DNA from: an uncultured Actinomycetota bacterium
GTDB lineage: Bacteria; Actinomycetota; Actinomycetes; Propionibacteriales; Nocardioidaceae
Assembly: GCA_963781745.1 (NCBI GenBank)
Contig: CAWAHH010000015.1
Coordinates: 2,281-66,280, forward strand
Reading direction: 5' to 3'
DNA length: 64,000 bases
The notes beneath the pieces are model-generated. The model ran no database searches. It saw only the letters and a list, made by a program, of their open reading frames with translations, and was not told the origin of the DNA. The first letter of the stretch is position 1, and the number at the start of each line of letters is the position of its first letter. The position numbers and the translations under genes are program-made. Shown here piece by piece: positions 27,966 through 37,436 of the stretch.

Positions 27966-30008
27966 ATGCGCGACCTCGATCCCCTGCTGCAGCCCTTCAC
28001 GCTGCGGGACCTGACGCTGCGCAACCGGGTCGTCAGCACCTCCCACGAGCCGGCGTACGCCGAGGACGGGATGCCCAAGGACCGCTACCGCCTCTACCAC
28101 CGGGAGAAGGCGCGCGGGGGCGTCGCGCTGACCATGATCGGCGGCTCGGCCGTCGTCTCCCGCGACAGCCCGCCCGCGTTCGGGAACCTCCTCCTCTACC
28201 GCGACGAGGTGGTGCCGTGGCTGCGACGCCTGGCCGACGACGTGCACGAGGAGGGCGCCGCGGTCATGTGCCAGGTGACCCACCTGGGCCGGCGCACCAG
28301 CAACTACACCGGTGACTGGCTGCCGTTGGTCTACCCGTCCGGGCTCAAGGAGCCGGCGCACCGGGCCTTCCCCAAGCGGGCCGAGCCGTGGGACCTGGAC
28401 AGGATCGTCGACGACTACGTGTCGGCGGCGCTGCGGTGCCAGGCCGCCGGACTCGACGGGATCGAGCTGCAGCACTACGGCCACCTCCTCGACGGCTTCC
28501 TGTCCCCGGCCACCAACGACCGCACCGACGACCTCGGCGGCGGTCTCGACCACCGGTTGGCGCTGCCCCGACGAGTCGTCCGCGCGGTGCGGGCCGCGAC
28601 GGGCCCCGACTTCGTGGTCGGCATCCGGATGTCGATGGACGAGGGTCTTCCCGGCGGGCTCGGGCCGGACGACGCGCTGACCGCCCTGGCGGCCTACGCC
28701 GACGACGGCATCGACTTCCTCTCGCTCGTCAAGGGCACCATCGAGAGCGATGCCCACCTGGCCCAGGTGATCCCGGGCATGGGCACCCCCTCGGCGCCGT
28801 TCCTCGACTTCGCCGCCGAGGTCCGCCGCCGGGTCGCCATGCCGGTCATGCACGCCGCCCGGATCTCCGACGTGGCCACGGCCCGCTACGCCGTACGCGA
28901 GGGCCTGCTGGACCTGGTCGGGATGACCCGCCCCCAGATGGCGGACCCTCACCTGGTCCGCAAGCTGGCGGCCGGTGACGAGGACCGGATCCGGCCGTGC
29001 GTCGGTGCCAACTACTGCCTGGACGCGATCTACGACTCCGGGGACGCGAAGTGCATCCACAACCCGGCGACCGGCCGGGAGCAGACCCTCGTGCACCAGA
29101 TCACCCCGCGGCCGGCGGCGGGACGCCGGGCCGTGGTGGTCGGCGCGGGTCCCGCCGGGCTGGAGGCCGCCCGGGTGCTCGGCGAGCTCGGGCATCACGT
29201 CGTGGTCCTGGAGGCGGGACACGCTCCCGGCGGGCAGGTGCGCCTCGCCGCGTCCTCCCCCCGGCGGCGCGACCTCGTCGGGATCGTCGACTGGCGGGTC
29301 GCGGAGGCCAAGCTCGCGGGCGTCGAGTTCCGCTACGGCGTGTTCGCCGAGGCCGCCGACGTGCTGGCTCACGACCCCGACCTGGTGGTGGTGGCCACGG
29401 GTGGTCGCCCGCACACGTCCTTCCTGCACGCGGGCGAGGAGCTCGTGCTCGACACCTGGGACGTGATGGACGGGACGTCGCGCCCCACCGGGGACGTGCT
29501 GGTCTACGACGACAACGGCGCCGAGCCCGCCCACGACGCGACCGAGCTGCTGGCGCGGGGAGGCGCGAGGGTCGAGCTGGTCACCCCCGAGCGCACCCTC
29601 GCCCCGGGGGTGGGGAGCATGAACTCCCCGGCATACCTGCGCGCCTACGCCGAGCACGACGTCGCGATCACGCTGGCCCACCAGCTGCACCGGGTGAGCC
29701 GCAGCGACGACGGCCGGCTGGTCGCGCACCTGTGGAGCGAGTACGCCGAGCGGGAGTCGCAGCGGGTGGTCGACGCCGTGGTCGTCGAGCAGGGCACGGA
29801 GCCCAACGACGAGCTCTACTTCGACCTGGTCCCCGGCTCGCGCAACCTCGGGGAGGTCGACCACGAGGCCCTGGTCGCCGGACGTCCCCAGACGGTGGCG
29901 ACCAACCCCACGGGCGGCTACCAGCTCTTCCGGATCGGCGACGCCGTCACGAGCCGCAACATCCACGCGGCGATCTTCGACGCGCTGCGGCTCTGTCTCG
30001 CGCTCTGA
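27966..30008 (+). CDS. NADH:flavin oxidoreductase, StcD/HpbA (N-methylproline demethylase)-like
   Basis: DPLLQPF.LR.LTLRNRVVSTSHEPAYAEDGMPKDRYRLYH; CVGANYCLD; GAGPAGLEAAR. Confidence 0.85.
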   Translation: MRDLDPLLQPFTLRDLTLRNRVVSTSHEPAYAEDGMPKDRYRLYHREKARGGVALTMIGGSAVVSRDSPPAFGNLLLYRDEVVPWLRRLADDVHEEGAAVMCQVTHLGRRTSNYTGDWLPLVYPSGLKEPAHRAFPKRAEPWDLDRIVDDYVSAALRCQAAGLDGIELQHYGHLLDGFLSPATNDRTDDLGGGLDHRLALPRRVVRAVRAATGPDFVVGIRMSMDEGLPGGLGPDDALTALAAYADDGIDFLSLVKGTIESDAHLAQVIPGMGTPSAPFLDFAAEVRRRVAMPVMHAARISDVATARYAVREGLLDLVGMTRPQMADPHLVRKLAAGDEDRIRPCVGANYCLDAIYDSGDAKCIHNPATGREQTLVHQITPRPAAGRRAVVVGAGPAGLEAARVLGELGHHVVVLEAGHAPGGQVRLAASSPRRRDLVGIVDWRVAEAKLAGVEFRYGVFAEAADVLAHDPDLVVVATGGRPHTSFLHAGEELVLDTWDVMDGTSRPTGDVLVYDDNGAEPAHDATELLARGGARVELVTPERTLAPGVGSMNSPAYLRAYAEHDVAITLAHQLHRVSRSDDGRLVAHLWSEYAERESQRVVDAVVVEQGTEPNDELYFDLVPGSRNLGEVDHEALVAGRPQTVATNPTGGYQLFRIGDAVTSRNIHAAIFDALRLCLAL

Positions 30009-30027
30009 CCCGGGCGGTTGCCCAGGC

Positions 30028-30447
30028 TCAGAGGGCGCGCATCCGGTTGTTGCGGGCGGCGTGCTCGACCTCGGCCAGCCCCAGCGCCTCGAGGACCGGC
30101 GGGAGGTAGGAGCCGAACCGGCCGCGCAGGCCCTTCTTGAGGCCGTACCACCCGCCGACCGGGTTGTCGGGGGACCGGCCCCAGGCCTCCACCGTGCCCT
30201 CGGCGGCCGGCTTCTGCTCGTCCGCGTTGCCCAGGGGCATCCAGTCGCCGTGCTCGACCAGCATCCGGTGCAGGTCCTCGATGCAGGCCAGGTGGTAGCG
30301 CAGCTGGGTCCTGCCGACCTGGACCACCAGGGCCGGCGGGTCTGCGTCCGGGTCGCGGTGGGCCTCGAACGCGCTGGTTCCAGGAGGGGTGGTGAGCTGC
30401 CAGGGCGAGGCCGGGGTGCCGGCGCCCTCGATGTCGTCTGCGGTCAT
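30028..30447 (-). CDS. Conserved hypothetical protein (DUF6855-like)
   Basis: PWQLTTPPG; WMPLGNADEQKPA; NPVGGWYGLKKGLRGRFG. Confidence 0.75.
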   Translation of the reverse strand: MTADDIEGAGTPASPWQLTTPPGTSAFEAHRDPDADPPALVVQVGRTQLRYHLACIEDLHRMLVEHGDWMPLGNADEQKPAAEGTVEAWGRSPDNPVGGWYGLKKGLRGRFGSYLPPVLEALGLAEVEHAARNNRMRAL

Positions 30448-30467
30448 GGCAGCAGGCTCGCACCGAC

Positions 30468-30490
30468 AACCTGACATCTCCTGTCAGGTT
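30468..30490. promoter_or_regulatory. Perfect inverted repeat, probable WYL-regulator operator
   Basis: AACCTGACA-TCTCC-TGTCAGGTT between divergent genes. Confidence 0.8.
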
Positions 30491-30508
30491 GGATCTAGAC
30501 TCCCGATC

Positions 30509-31201
30509 GTGCGAGCCGCGCGGGTGCTGGACATGCTGCTGCTCCTGCAGCGCCGCGGGCGGCTGACCGCGCGCGAGCTCGCCGCGACTCTCGAGGTCAG
30601 CGAGCGGACGGTGCTGCGCGACGTCGAGGCGCTGAGCGAGGCGGGCGTGCCGATCTACACCAGCCAGGGGACGCGCGGCGGCATCGAGCTGCTCGACGGA
30701 TTCGAGACCCGGTTGACCGGGCTGACCGCCGAGGAGGCCGCCTGCCTGCACCTCGTCGGGCAGCCGCAGGTCGCGCACCGGCTCGGCCTCGACGTGCCCA
30801 CCCGCGGCGCCGCCCACAAGCTCGCCACCGCGATCCCGCCGGCGCTCGCGGACCAGGCCGACGGGCTCGGCGACTGGTTCCTGCACGACCCCGACCCGTG
30901 GGCGGGGCACCGGGTCCCGCACGGCGAGCTGCGCCGGGTCGCCCGCAGCATCCGCGGTCGGCGCCGGGTCGAGCTGCACCTCGAGGCCGACCCGCCGCTG
31001 CTGGTGGCGCCCCTCGGCCTGGTGCTCAAGGCCGGGTCCTGGTACGTCGTCCTGGCCGCCGCGGAGGGTACGACGGTCGTCTGCATCGACGACCTGCGCG
31101 CCACCCGGCTCACGACCCAGCGCTTCGACGTACCGCCCGGCTTCTCCCTGGTCCGGGCCTGGTCGGAACACCTGGGAGCACCCCGGGAAAAGGGACCGTG
31201 A
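30509..31201 (+). CDS. HTH-WYL transcriptional regulator (short, no clear WCX domain)
   Basis: ELAATLEVSERTVLRDVEALSEAGVPI; PLGLVLKAGSWYVV. Confidence 0.88.
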   Translation: MRAARVLDMLLLLQRRGRLTARELAATLEVSERTVLRDVEALSEAGVPIYTSQGTRGGIELLDGFETRLTGLTAEEAACLHLVGQPQVAHRLGLDVPTRGAAHKLATAIPPALADQADGLGDWFLHDPDPWAGHRVPHGELRRVARSIRGRRRVELHLEADPPLLVAPLGLVLKAGSWYVVLAAAEGTTVVCIDDLRATRLTTQRFDVPPGFSLVRAWSEHLGAPREKGP

Positions 31202-31482
31202 GGGAGTCGTGTGGACGCCGTGAAGATGGCGTGAGGAATGCCGGTCCTGCCTCCGTTGGCCAGCCAGAACCGGGACGGGCTGCCATCCTTCAGGTGTCGC
31301 CCGCTCCATCGGTCTCTCCCCGTACTTCCGGTGGTGGGCGGCAGCCACGAGAACGGTGTCTCGACGGCCGGATGTGCGTCCGGCCGGTCTCCCGAGCAGC
31401 GGACCCGTGGATGTGCCCCAGCCCGATGTCCACCACCGGGTCTGGGGCACCCTGCTTTCCCGGCCGTTGTCCGGACCGGTCG

Positions 31483-34251
31483 CTACGCCGGCCGCACCGC
31501 GCTCTTCTCGAGCAGCGCGAGGAGCTCCGCGAGCGGCACCGGCCGTCCGAGGAGATAGCCCTGGCCGCTCTCGCAGCCGAGGTCGCGCAGTGCGACGAGC
31601 TGCTCCTCGGTCTCGACCCCCTCGGCGATCGTGCGCAGGCCCAGGGAGGTGGCCAGCGCGGTGACCGCGCGCACGATCGCGGTGTCGTCGGGGTCCCGGC
31701 CGAGTCCGTCGACGAACGAGCGGTCGATCTTCAGCTCGTCCACCGGCAGCCGGCGGACGTGGCGCAGGGAGGCGTAGCCGGTCCCGAAGTCGTCCAGCGC
31801 GAGGCGGACCCCGAGGCCGCGGAGCTCCTCGAGATCGGCCACCACGTCATCGTCGGCCTCGAGCGCGACCCGCTCGGTGACCTCCAGCCACAGTCCTTCG
31901 AGGGCGGTCCCGCGCGGGTAGCCCGCGGCATGCGTCGCGGCGTCGAGCTGGGCCCGCACCACCCGCCGGTCGACCTGCCGGGCGGAGACGTTCACCGCGA
32001 CGCCGACGTCGTGGCGCTCCCGCCAGCCGCGCAGGTCGAACAGCGCCTGGGTGAGTACCCACTGCCCGATCGGCAGGATCACGTCGTGCTGCTCGGCGAC
32101 GTCGATGAAGTCGGCCGGCATCAGCAGCCCGAGGTCGGGGTGCTCGATGCGCAGCAGCGCCTCGGCCGCGACCACGCGGCCGCTGGGCAGGTCGACGATG
32201 GGCTGGTAGTGCAGCCTCAGCCAGTCGTAGGCGAGAGCTGCCTCGAGCATCCGCAGCACCCGGTTGCGCCGCCGCGAACGGTCGTCGAGCGCCTGGTGGA
32301 AGACCTGCCAGCGGCGGAGCCCGTTGGAGCCGGCCTCGGGGCGTACGTCGTGCTTGGCGTGGTACATCGCGACGTCCGCCTGGCGGAGCAGCTCGTCGGG
32401 GTCCGCGTCGGCCGACGAGGTGGTGGTGACCCCGATGCTGGCGTACATCGTGAGGTCGACCTCGGGCAGCCGCACCGGCCGGCCCAGGGAGTCCTGCACC
32501 CGCTCGGCGAGCAGCACCGCCTCGGCGTCGTCGCGGACCTCCGCGACGATCACGAACTCGTCGCCCGCGATGCGCGCCACGGTGTCGACCGCGCGGACCG
32601 CCCCGGTGACCCGGGCGGCCACCTCGCGCAGCACCCGGTCGCCGACCTCGTGCCCGTGCTCGTCGTTGACGGCCTTGAACCGGTCGAGGTCCAAGAAGAG
32701 CACGGCCACCGCGCCGTCGCGACGGGGGAGCCGGTGCAGGGCGAGAACGAGGTGGTCGCGCAGCATCCCGCGGTTGCCGAGCCCGGTCAGGGGGTCGCGC
32801 AGCGCGCGCTCGGCGAGCTGCGCGACGAGCTCGCGCTCGGCGGTGATGTCCTGGGAGTGCAGGACGGCGGCCCAGGGCCGGCCGTCGCGGTGGATCGCGG
32901 CGAGCCGGGTGCGCACCCAGACCCGGCTGCCGTCCGGACGCACGAGCTGGAACTCCCGGTCGTCGTCGAGGCGCTCGCCCCGGGTCAGCTCGGCGAGGCG
33001 GCGGCGCTGGCCCTTCTGCGCGAGCGGGTCCGACAGGTCGCCGTACCGCAGCGAGAGCAGCTCGTCCTCGGACCGCCCGGTCAGCTGGAGCAGCCCCCGG
33101 TTGACCCGCATCACCTCGCCCTCGTGCCCGCTGTCGAGCCGGATCATGGCCATCCCGACCGGGGCCTGCGCGAACGCGAGCCGGAACGACTCCTCGCTGG
33201 CCTCGAGCTCGGAGATCGCGGAGTCGCGCTGGCCGGCGAGCGCGTCCGCGTCCCACAGCTCGGCGGCCAGGATGGCCACGGTCTCGAGGAACTGGCGCTC
33301 GTCGGAGTCCAGGCACGCGCGCCGGTGCGCAGCGAGCCAGCCGAAGTGCCGGCCGCGGACCTCGACCGGCAGCCAGACCGCGTCCGCCTCGTGACCGTCC
33401 GGCCCGCGTCCGCCGCCTGGGCCCCCGGGACGCTCGGGGTCGGGGGTGCTGTGACGGCTGCCGGGCGGCGGTCCCACGGCGGCCGTCCCGGTGCGACGGC
33501 CGTCGGTGCTCACCACGACGCCGGCGCCGGGCCCGCTGCGCGAGACCAGCCAGCACTGTGCGCGGACGGCGGCCGCGGACGTCTCCACGAGCGCCCGCAG
33601 CCCTGCCTCGCCGGGGCCGCCGGGCTGGGAGGTGGACTGGGACCAGCCGAACAGGGTGCGCGCCTGGATCGCCCGGCGACGGTAGTAGGCGACCTCGCGC
33701 GCGACGGCGAGGGCGGCCGCCCCGCGGGCGATCAGCCGGCCGAGCACGGCCGCGCGGTCCGGCACGAGGGCGCCCGGGTCGGCGTCGCTGAAGAGCGCGA
33801 CCACGCCCGCGACCTGGCCGCCCGCCCTCAGCGGGACCACCAGTGCCGTGGCCTGACCGGCGGGGAGCGGAGCGGCGTCGACAGCGGGGAGGCGCGCGGT
33901 CAGCCGCTCGCGCAGCGACCGTGCCGTCCTGCCGGTCGCCAGGCTCGGCTCGCCGCTCGTGACGACCTCGGACAGGACGTCGTCGGGGTGCAGGCAGACG
34001 TGCTCGCCGACGAGCACCTCCAGCATCTGCTCGGGGACGGGCGCGGCACCGGCGACCCGCAGCAGCGTCCGGTCGGGACTCAGCAGCGCGACCACGCACA
34101 GCTCGCCGGGCGCGTTCACCGCCTCCTGCGCGACCGCCGTGGCGACCGCCGTGGCGACCGCCGGGGGGTCGACGAGGGCGAGCTCGACGAGCTCCTCGAC
34201 CGCTGTCGAACCGTGCACGTCCCCCCGTCCCGGTCCGGTGCCCCGATGCAC
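31483..34251 (-). CDS. GAF/PAS-GGDEF-EAL c-di-GMP signalling protein (start may be 34218)
   Basis: PAS FRLAFAQAPVGM; DPLTGLGNR; RIAGDEF; YQPIV..AEALLR; DDFGTGY; AEGVET. Confidence 0.9.
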   Translation of the reverse strand: MHRGTGPGRGDVHGSTAVEELVELALVDPPAVATAVATAVAQEAVNAPGELCVVALLSPDRTLLRVAGAAPVPEQMLEVLVGEHVCLHPDDVLSEVVTSGEPSLATGRTARSLRERLTARLPAVDAAPLPAGQATALVVPLRAGGQVAGVVALFSDADPGALVPDRAAVLGRLIARGAAALAVAREVAYYRRRAIQARTLFGWSQSTSQPGGPGEAGLRALVETSAAAVRAQCWLVSRSGPGAGVVVSTDGRRTGTAAVGPPPGSRHSTPDPERPGGPGGGRGPDGHEADAVWLPVEVRGRHFGWLAAHRRACLDSDERQFLETVAILAAELWDADALAGQRDSAISELEASEESFRLAFAQAPVGMAMIRLDSGHEGEVMRVNRGLLQLTGRSEDELLSLRYGDLSDPLAQKGQRRRLAELTRGERLDDDREFQLVRPDGSRVWVRTRLAAIHRDGRPWAAVLHSQDITAERELVAQLAERALRDPLTGLGNRGMLRDHLVLALHRLPRRDGAVAVLFLDLDRFKAVNDEHGHEVGDRVLREVAARVTGAVRAVDTVARIAGDEFVIVAEVRDDAEAVLLAERVQDSLGRPVRLPEVDLTMYASIGVTTTSSADADPDELLRQADVAMYHAKHDVRPEAGSNGLRRWQVFHQALDDRSRRRNRVLRMLEAALAYDWLRLHYQPIVDLPSGRVVAAEALLRIEHPDLGLLMPADFIDVAEQHDVILPIGQWVLTQALFDLRGWRERHDVGVAVNVSARQVDRRVVRAQLDAATHAAGYPRGTALEGLWLEVTERVALEADDDVVADLEELRGLGVRLALDDFGTGYASLRHVRRLPVDELKIDRSFVDGLGRDPDDTAIVRAVTALATSLGLRTIAEGVETEEQLVALRDLGCESGQGYLLGRPVPLAELLALLEKSAVRPA

Positions 34252-34346
34252 CGTCCCCGTGGTAGCCGAAGGAGTCAGTGTGACCCACGGGGCGAGACGG
34301 GGGACAGAGGCGATGGGCCCCCGTTCGCGAACGTAGGCTCGTCCCC

Positions 34347-35180
34347 GTGCCGACCCGCCCCTCGCCCGCCCGCGTGCTCCTCGCGCCGCGGCTGTGGGGG
34401 CTGCACCTGCTGGCCGTCCTCGCGACCACGGCGGCGGTGCTCCTCGGGCTCTGGCAGTACGACGCCTGGCAGTCGCGCCGCGAGGACCAGGCCGCCTCGC
34501 GGGTGGACGCCGCCCCGAAGCCGCTGGCCGACGTGCTGACCTCCGACCAGCCGTTCCCGAGTGCGGCGGTCGGCCAGCCGGTGCGCCTGGCGGGCCGGTG
34601 GCTGCCCGGGTCCACGGTCTACGTCGAGGACCGGGTGCTCGCCGGGCGGCGCGGCGTCTGGGCGGTCACCCCGGTCGCGGTCTGCGGCGGCGACGTCGCG
34701 TGCGCGAAGGCGCCGGCCCTGCTCGTCGTACGCGGCTGGAGCGCGAGCGTCGCCGACGCCCCGCCGGCACCGACCGGGCGGGTCGAGGTGACCGGGTGGC
34801 TGCAGCCGGGCGAGGGCAGCGGGGTGCGCGACGACGACCCGACCGACGACGTGATCCCCGAGCTGCGCATCGCCGACGCGATCCAGCACGTCGACCAGGA
34901 CCTCTACGGCGGCTACGTGGTGGCCCGCGGCGACGCCGAGCCGGGCCTCGCGCCGGTCACGCCGGACTCGCTGCCCGAGGCCGAGACGTTCACCGCGCTG
35001 CGCAACCTGCTCTACGCGCTGGAGTGGTGGGTCTTCGGCGGGTTCGCGGTGTTCGTGTGGGTCCGCTGGTGCCGCGACGAGGTCGCCCGCGCCGGGCAGC
35101 CGCCGGCGGCCGGACCGCCCGAGCCGGCCGGTGACGAGGCCGAGGTGAGCGGGGTCACTGGAGTACCGTCGGGCCCGTGA
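34347..35180 (+). CDS. SURF1 family protein
   Basis: LGLWQY; LLVVRGW; RNLLYALEWWVF. Confidence 0.9.
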   Translation: MPTRPSPARVLLAPRLWGLHLLAVLATTAAVLLGLWQYDAWQSRREDQAASRVDAAPKPLADVLTSDQPFPSAAVGQPVRLAGRWLPGSTVYVEDRVLAGRRGVWAVTPVAVCGGDVACAKAPALLVVRGWSASVADAPPAPTGRVEVTGWLQPGEGSGVRDDDPTDDVIPELRIADAIQHVDQDLYGGYVVARGDAEPGLAPVTPDSLPEAETFTALRNLLYALEWWVFGGFAVFVWVRWCRDEVARAGQPPAAGPPEPAGDEAEVSGVTGVPSGP

Positions 35181-35557
35181 CGAACGCCCTGCTCCGCTAC
35201 CGCGTGATGGCCAACGTGGTCGGCGTGCTCCTCATCGTGCTGGTGCTGGTCGGTCTGCCGCTGCACTACGGCTACCTCCTGCTCCCCGACGCGATGCCGA
35301 AGGGCGGCAGCGCCTGGCAGCTCGGCGCCGACATCTCGCGCTACCTCGGCGTCGCGCACGGGTGGCTCTACATGATCTTCCTGGTGATGGCGTTCCTGCT
35401 CTCCCGCAGGGCCCGCTGGGACCTCGGCTTCACGATCGCGACCCTGCTGTGCGGGACCGTGCCGATCCTGTCGTTCTGGGCCGAGCGCCGCGCGACCCGC
35501 CGGGTGCGCGCGCAGCTGGCGGCGACGGAGACGACCGGCTCCACCGTCGGGACCTAG
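35177..35557 (+). CDS. DUF3817 membrane protein
   Basis: RYRVMANVVG; HGWLYMIFL; GTVPILSFWAE. Confidence 0.85.
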   Translation: MTNALLRYRVMANVVGVLLIVLVLVGLPLHYGYLLLPDAMPKGGSAWQLGADISRYLGVAHGWLYMIFLVMAFLLSRRARWDLGFTIATLLCGTVPILSFWAERRATRRVRAQLAATETTGSTVGT

Positions 35558-35563
35558 CCGGCC

Positions 35564-36397
35564 GTGGCGCGCACCGCGTTCGTCCTCGGGGGCGGTGGTC
35601 TGCTCGGGGCGGTCGAGGTCGGCATGCTCCGCGCCCTCTTCGAGGCCGGCGTCGCGCCCGACCTGATCCTGGGGACGTCGGTCGGGGCCCTCAACGGCGC
35701 CCTCGTCGCCACCGACCCGTCCCCGACGGTCGTCGAGCGGCTCGTCGGCCTCTGGGAGAGCGCGGTCGGCAGCCGCGAGGTGTACGGCGACAGCGCCGTG
35801 CGCCAGGTGCGCCGGGCCGTCCGCACGGGCACCCACCTGCACTCGACGAAGCCGCTGCGCGACCGTCTGCAGGCCGAGCTCGGGGACGTGCGCTTCGAGG
35901 ACCTGGCGGTGCCGTTCCAGTGCTGCGCGGCCAGCATCGAGCGGGCCGCGGAGCACTGGTTCACCGGCGGCCGCGTCGTCGACGCCGTGCTCGCCTCGGC
36001 CGCCGTGCCCGGGCTGCTCTCGCCGATGGAGGTCGACGGCGAGCACTACCTCGACGGCGGCATCGTGAACTCGGTGCCCGTCGGGCGGGCGGTCGAGTGC
36101 GGCGCCACCCGCGTGTTCGTGCTCCAGGTCGGCCGCGTCGACCGGCCGCTCAGCGTGCCCCGCAGGCCGTGGGAGGTGGCGCGGGTGTCCTTCGAGATCG
36201 CCCGCCGGCACCGCTTCCACCGCGAGATGGCGATGCTCCCCGACGACGTCGAGGCGCACGTGCTGCCGACCGGTGCGGCGCCCGGGCAGGGCCGGCGCGA
36301 CGACTCGCTGCTGGCCTACCGCGACTTCTCCGCGGTCGCCCGTCGCATCGACCAGGCGTACGTCGCCGCGTCGGCCTACCTGGAGGCGCGGCTGTGA
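35564..36397 (+). CDS. Patatin-like phospholipase
   Basis: GGGGLLG; GTSVG; DGG. Confidence 0.92.
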   Translation: MARTAFVLGGGGLLGAVEVGMLRALFEAGVAPDLILGTSVGALNGALVATDPSPTVVERLVGLWESAVGSREVYGDSAVRQVRRAVRTGTHLHSTKPLRDRLQAELGDVRFEDLAVPFQCCAASIERAAEHWFTGGRVVDAVLASAAVPGLLSPMEVDGEHYLDGGIVNSVPVGRAVECGATRVFVLQVGRVDRPLSVPRRPWEVARVSFEIARRHRFHREMAMLPDDVEAHVLPTGAAPGQGRRDDSLLAYRDFSAVARRIDQAYVAASAYLEARL

Positions 36398-37434
36398 CGG
36401 CCTGGCTGCGGCGGATCGTGCTCGCCCCGGCGATGATCGCGCTCACCGTGCTGGTGCTGACCACGATCCCGGTGTGGCTGATCGTGGCCGCGGTGCTCTC
36501 CCCCGTCGTACCCGGACGGCTGCGGCCGCTGCGGCTGCTGTCGCTGCTGCTGATGCACCTCGTGCTGGAGAGCATCCTGCTCGTCGAGCTGTTCGGGCTC
36601 TGGATCGCCTCGGGCTTCGGGGCGTTCGTCCGGCGGCCGTACTTCGAGCGGATCCACTACGACCTCGTGCAGACCTACCTCGTGATCTTCTTCCGCGAGG
36701 CGCGGCGGGTGGTCCGGCTGAAGATCCTGACCGAGGGCGAGTCACCGGACGCCTTCCCCGGCGAGCCGCTGCTGGTGTGCTGCCGGCACGCCGGGCCGGG
36801 CGACTCGTTCACGCTGATGTACGCCCTCATGCACTGGTACGCCCGCGAGCCTCGCGTGGTCCTCAAGGACACGCTCGCGTGGGACCCGGCGATCGACGTG
36901 ATCCTGCACCGGCTGCCGAGCCGCTTCATCTCGCCGAACCCGGGCCGGGGCGCCGACATCGAGGCCGAGATCGGCGCGCTGGCCACGAACCTCGACTCCA
37001 ACGACGCGTTCGTGATCTTCCCCGAGGGCGGCAACTTCACCCCGGAGCGGCGTCAGCGCGGCATCGACAAGCTGCGCCGGCTGGGCCTCGAGCCGATGGC
37101 GCGACGGGCCGAGCGGATGGAGAACGTCCTGGCACCCCGGCCCGGCGGGCTGATCGCCGCGCTCGACGCGGCCCCCGACGCCGACGTCGTGCTCGTGGCG
37201 CACACCGGGCTCGACCACCTCGTCACCGTGCGGGACCTCTGGCGCGAGCTGCCGATGGACAAGCAGATCATCATGCGGTGGTGGCGGGTGCCACGGGCGG
37301 AGATCCCGGACGGTCGCGAGGAGCGGATCGACTGGCTGTTCTCGTGGTGGGAGCGCATCGACGCGTGGGTCGAGGAGCACCGGCCGGTCGACCTGCCGCC
37401 ACCGGCGTGGGGCAAGCAGGCCTCGACCGGCTGA
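36394..37434 (+). CDS. PlsC-family acyltransferase
   Basis: RHAGPGDS (HX4D); IFPEGG; GTGA overlap. Confidence 0.88.
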   Translation: MTAWLRRIVLAPAMIALTVLVLTTIPVWLIVAAVLSPVVPGRLRPLRLLSLLLMHLVLESILLVELFGLWIASGFGAFVRRPYFERIHYDLVQTYLVIFFREARRVVRLKILTEGESPDAFPGEPLLVCCRHAGPGDSFTLMYALMHWYAREPRVVLKDTLAWDPAIDVILHRLPSRFISPNPGRGADIEAEIGALATNLDSNDAFVIFPEGGNFTPERRQRGIDKLRRLGLEPMARRAERMENVLAPRPGGLIAALDAAPDADVVLVAHTGLDHLVTVRDLWRELPMDKQIIMRWWRVPRAEIPDGREERIDWLFSWWERIDAWVEEHRPVDLPPPAWGKQASTG

Positions 37435-37436
37435 GA

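Noticed and set aside
30898-34615. Very long alternative-frame ORFs (1213 aa here; likewise 15722-18349 and 55648-58503)
   Set aside because: Antisense or shadow ORFs typical of high-GC DNA, overlapping well-supported genes.
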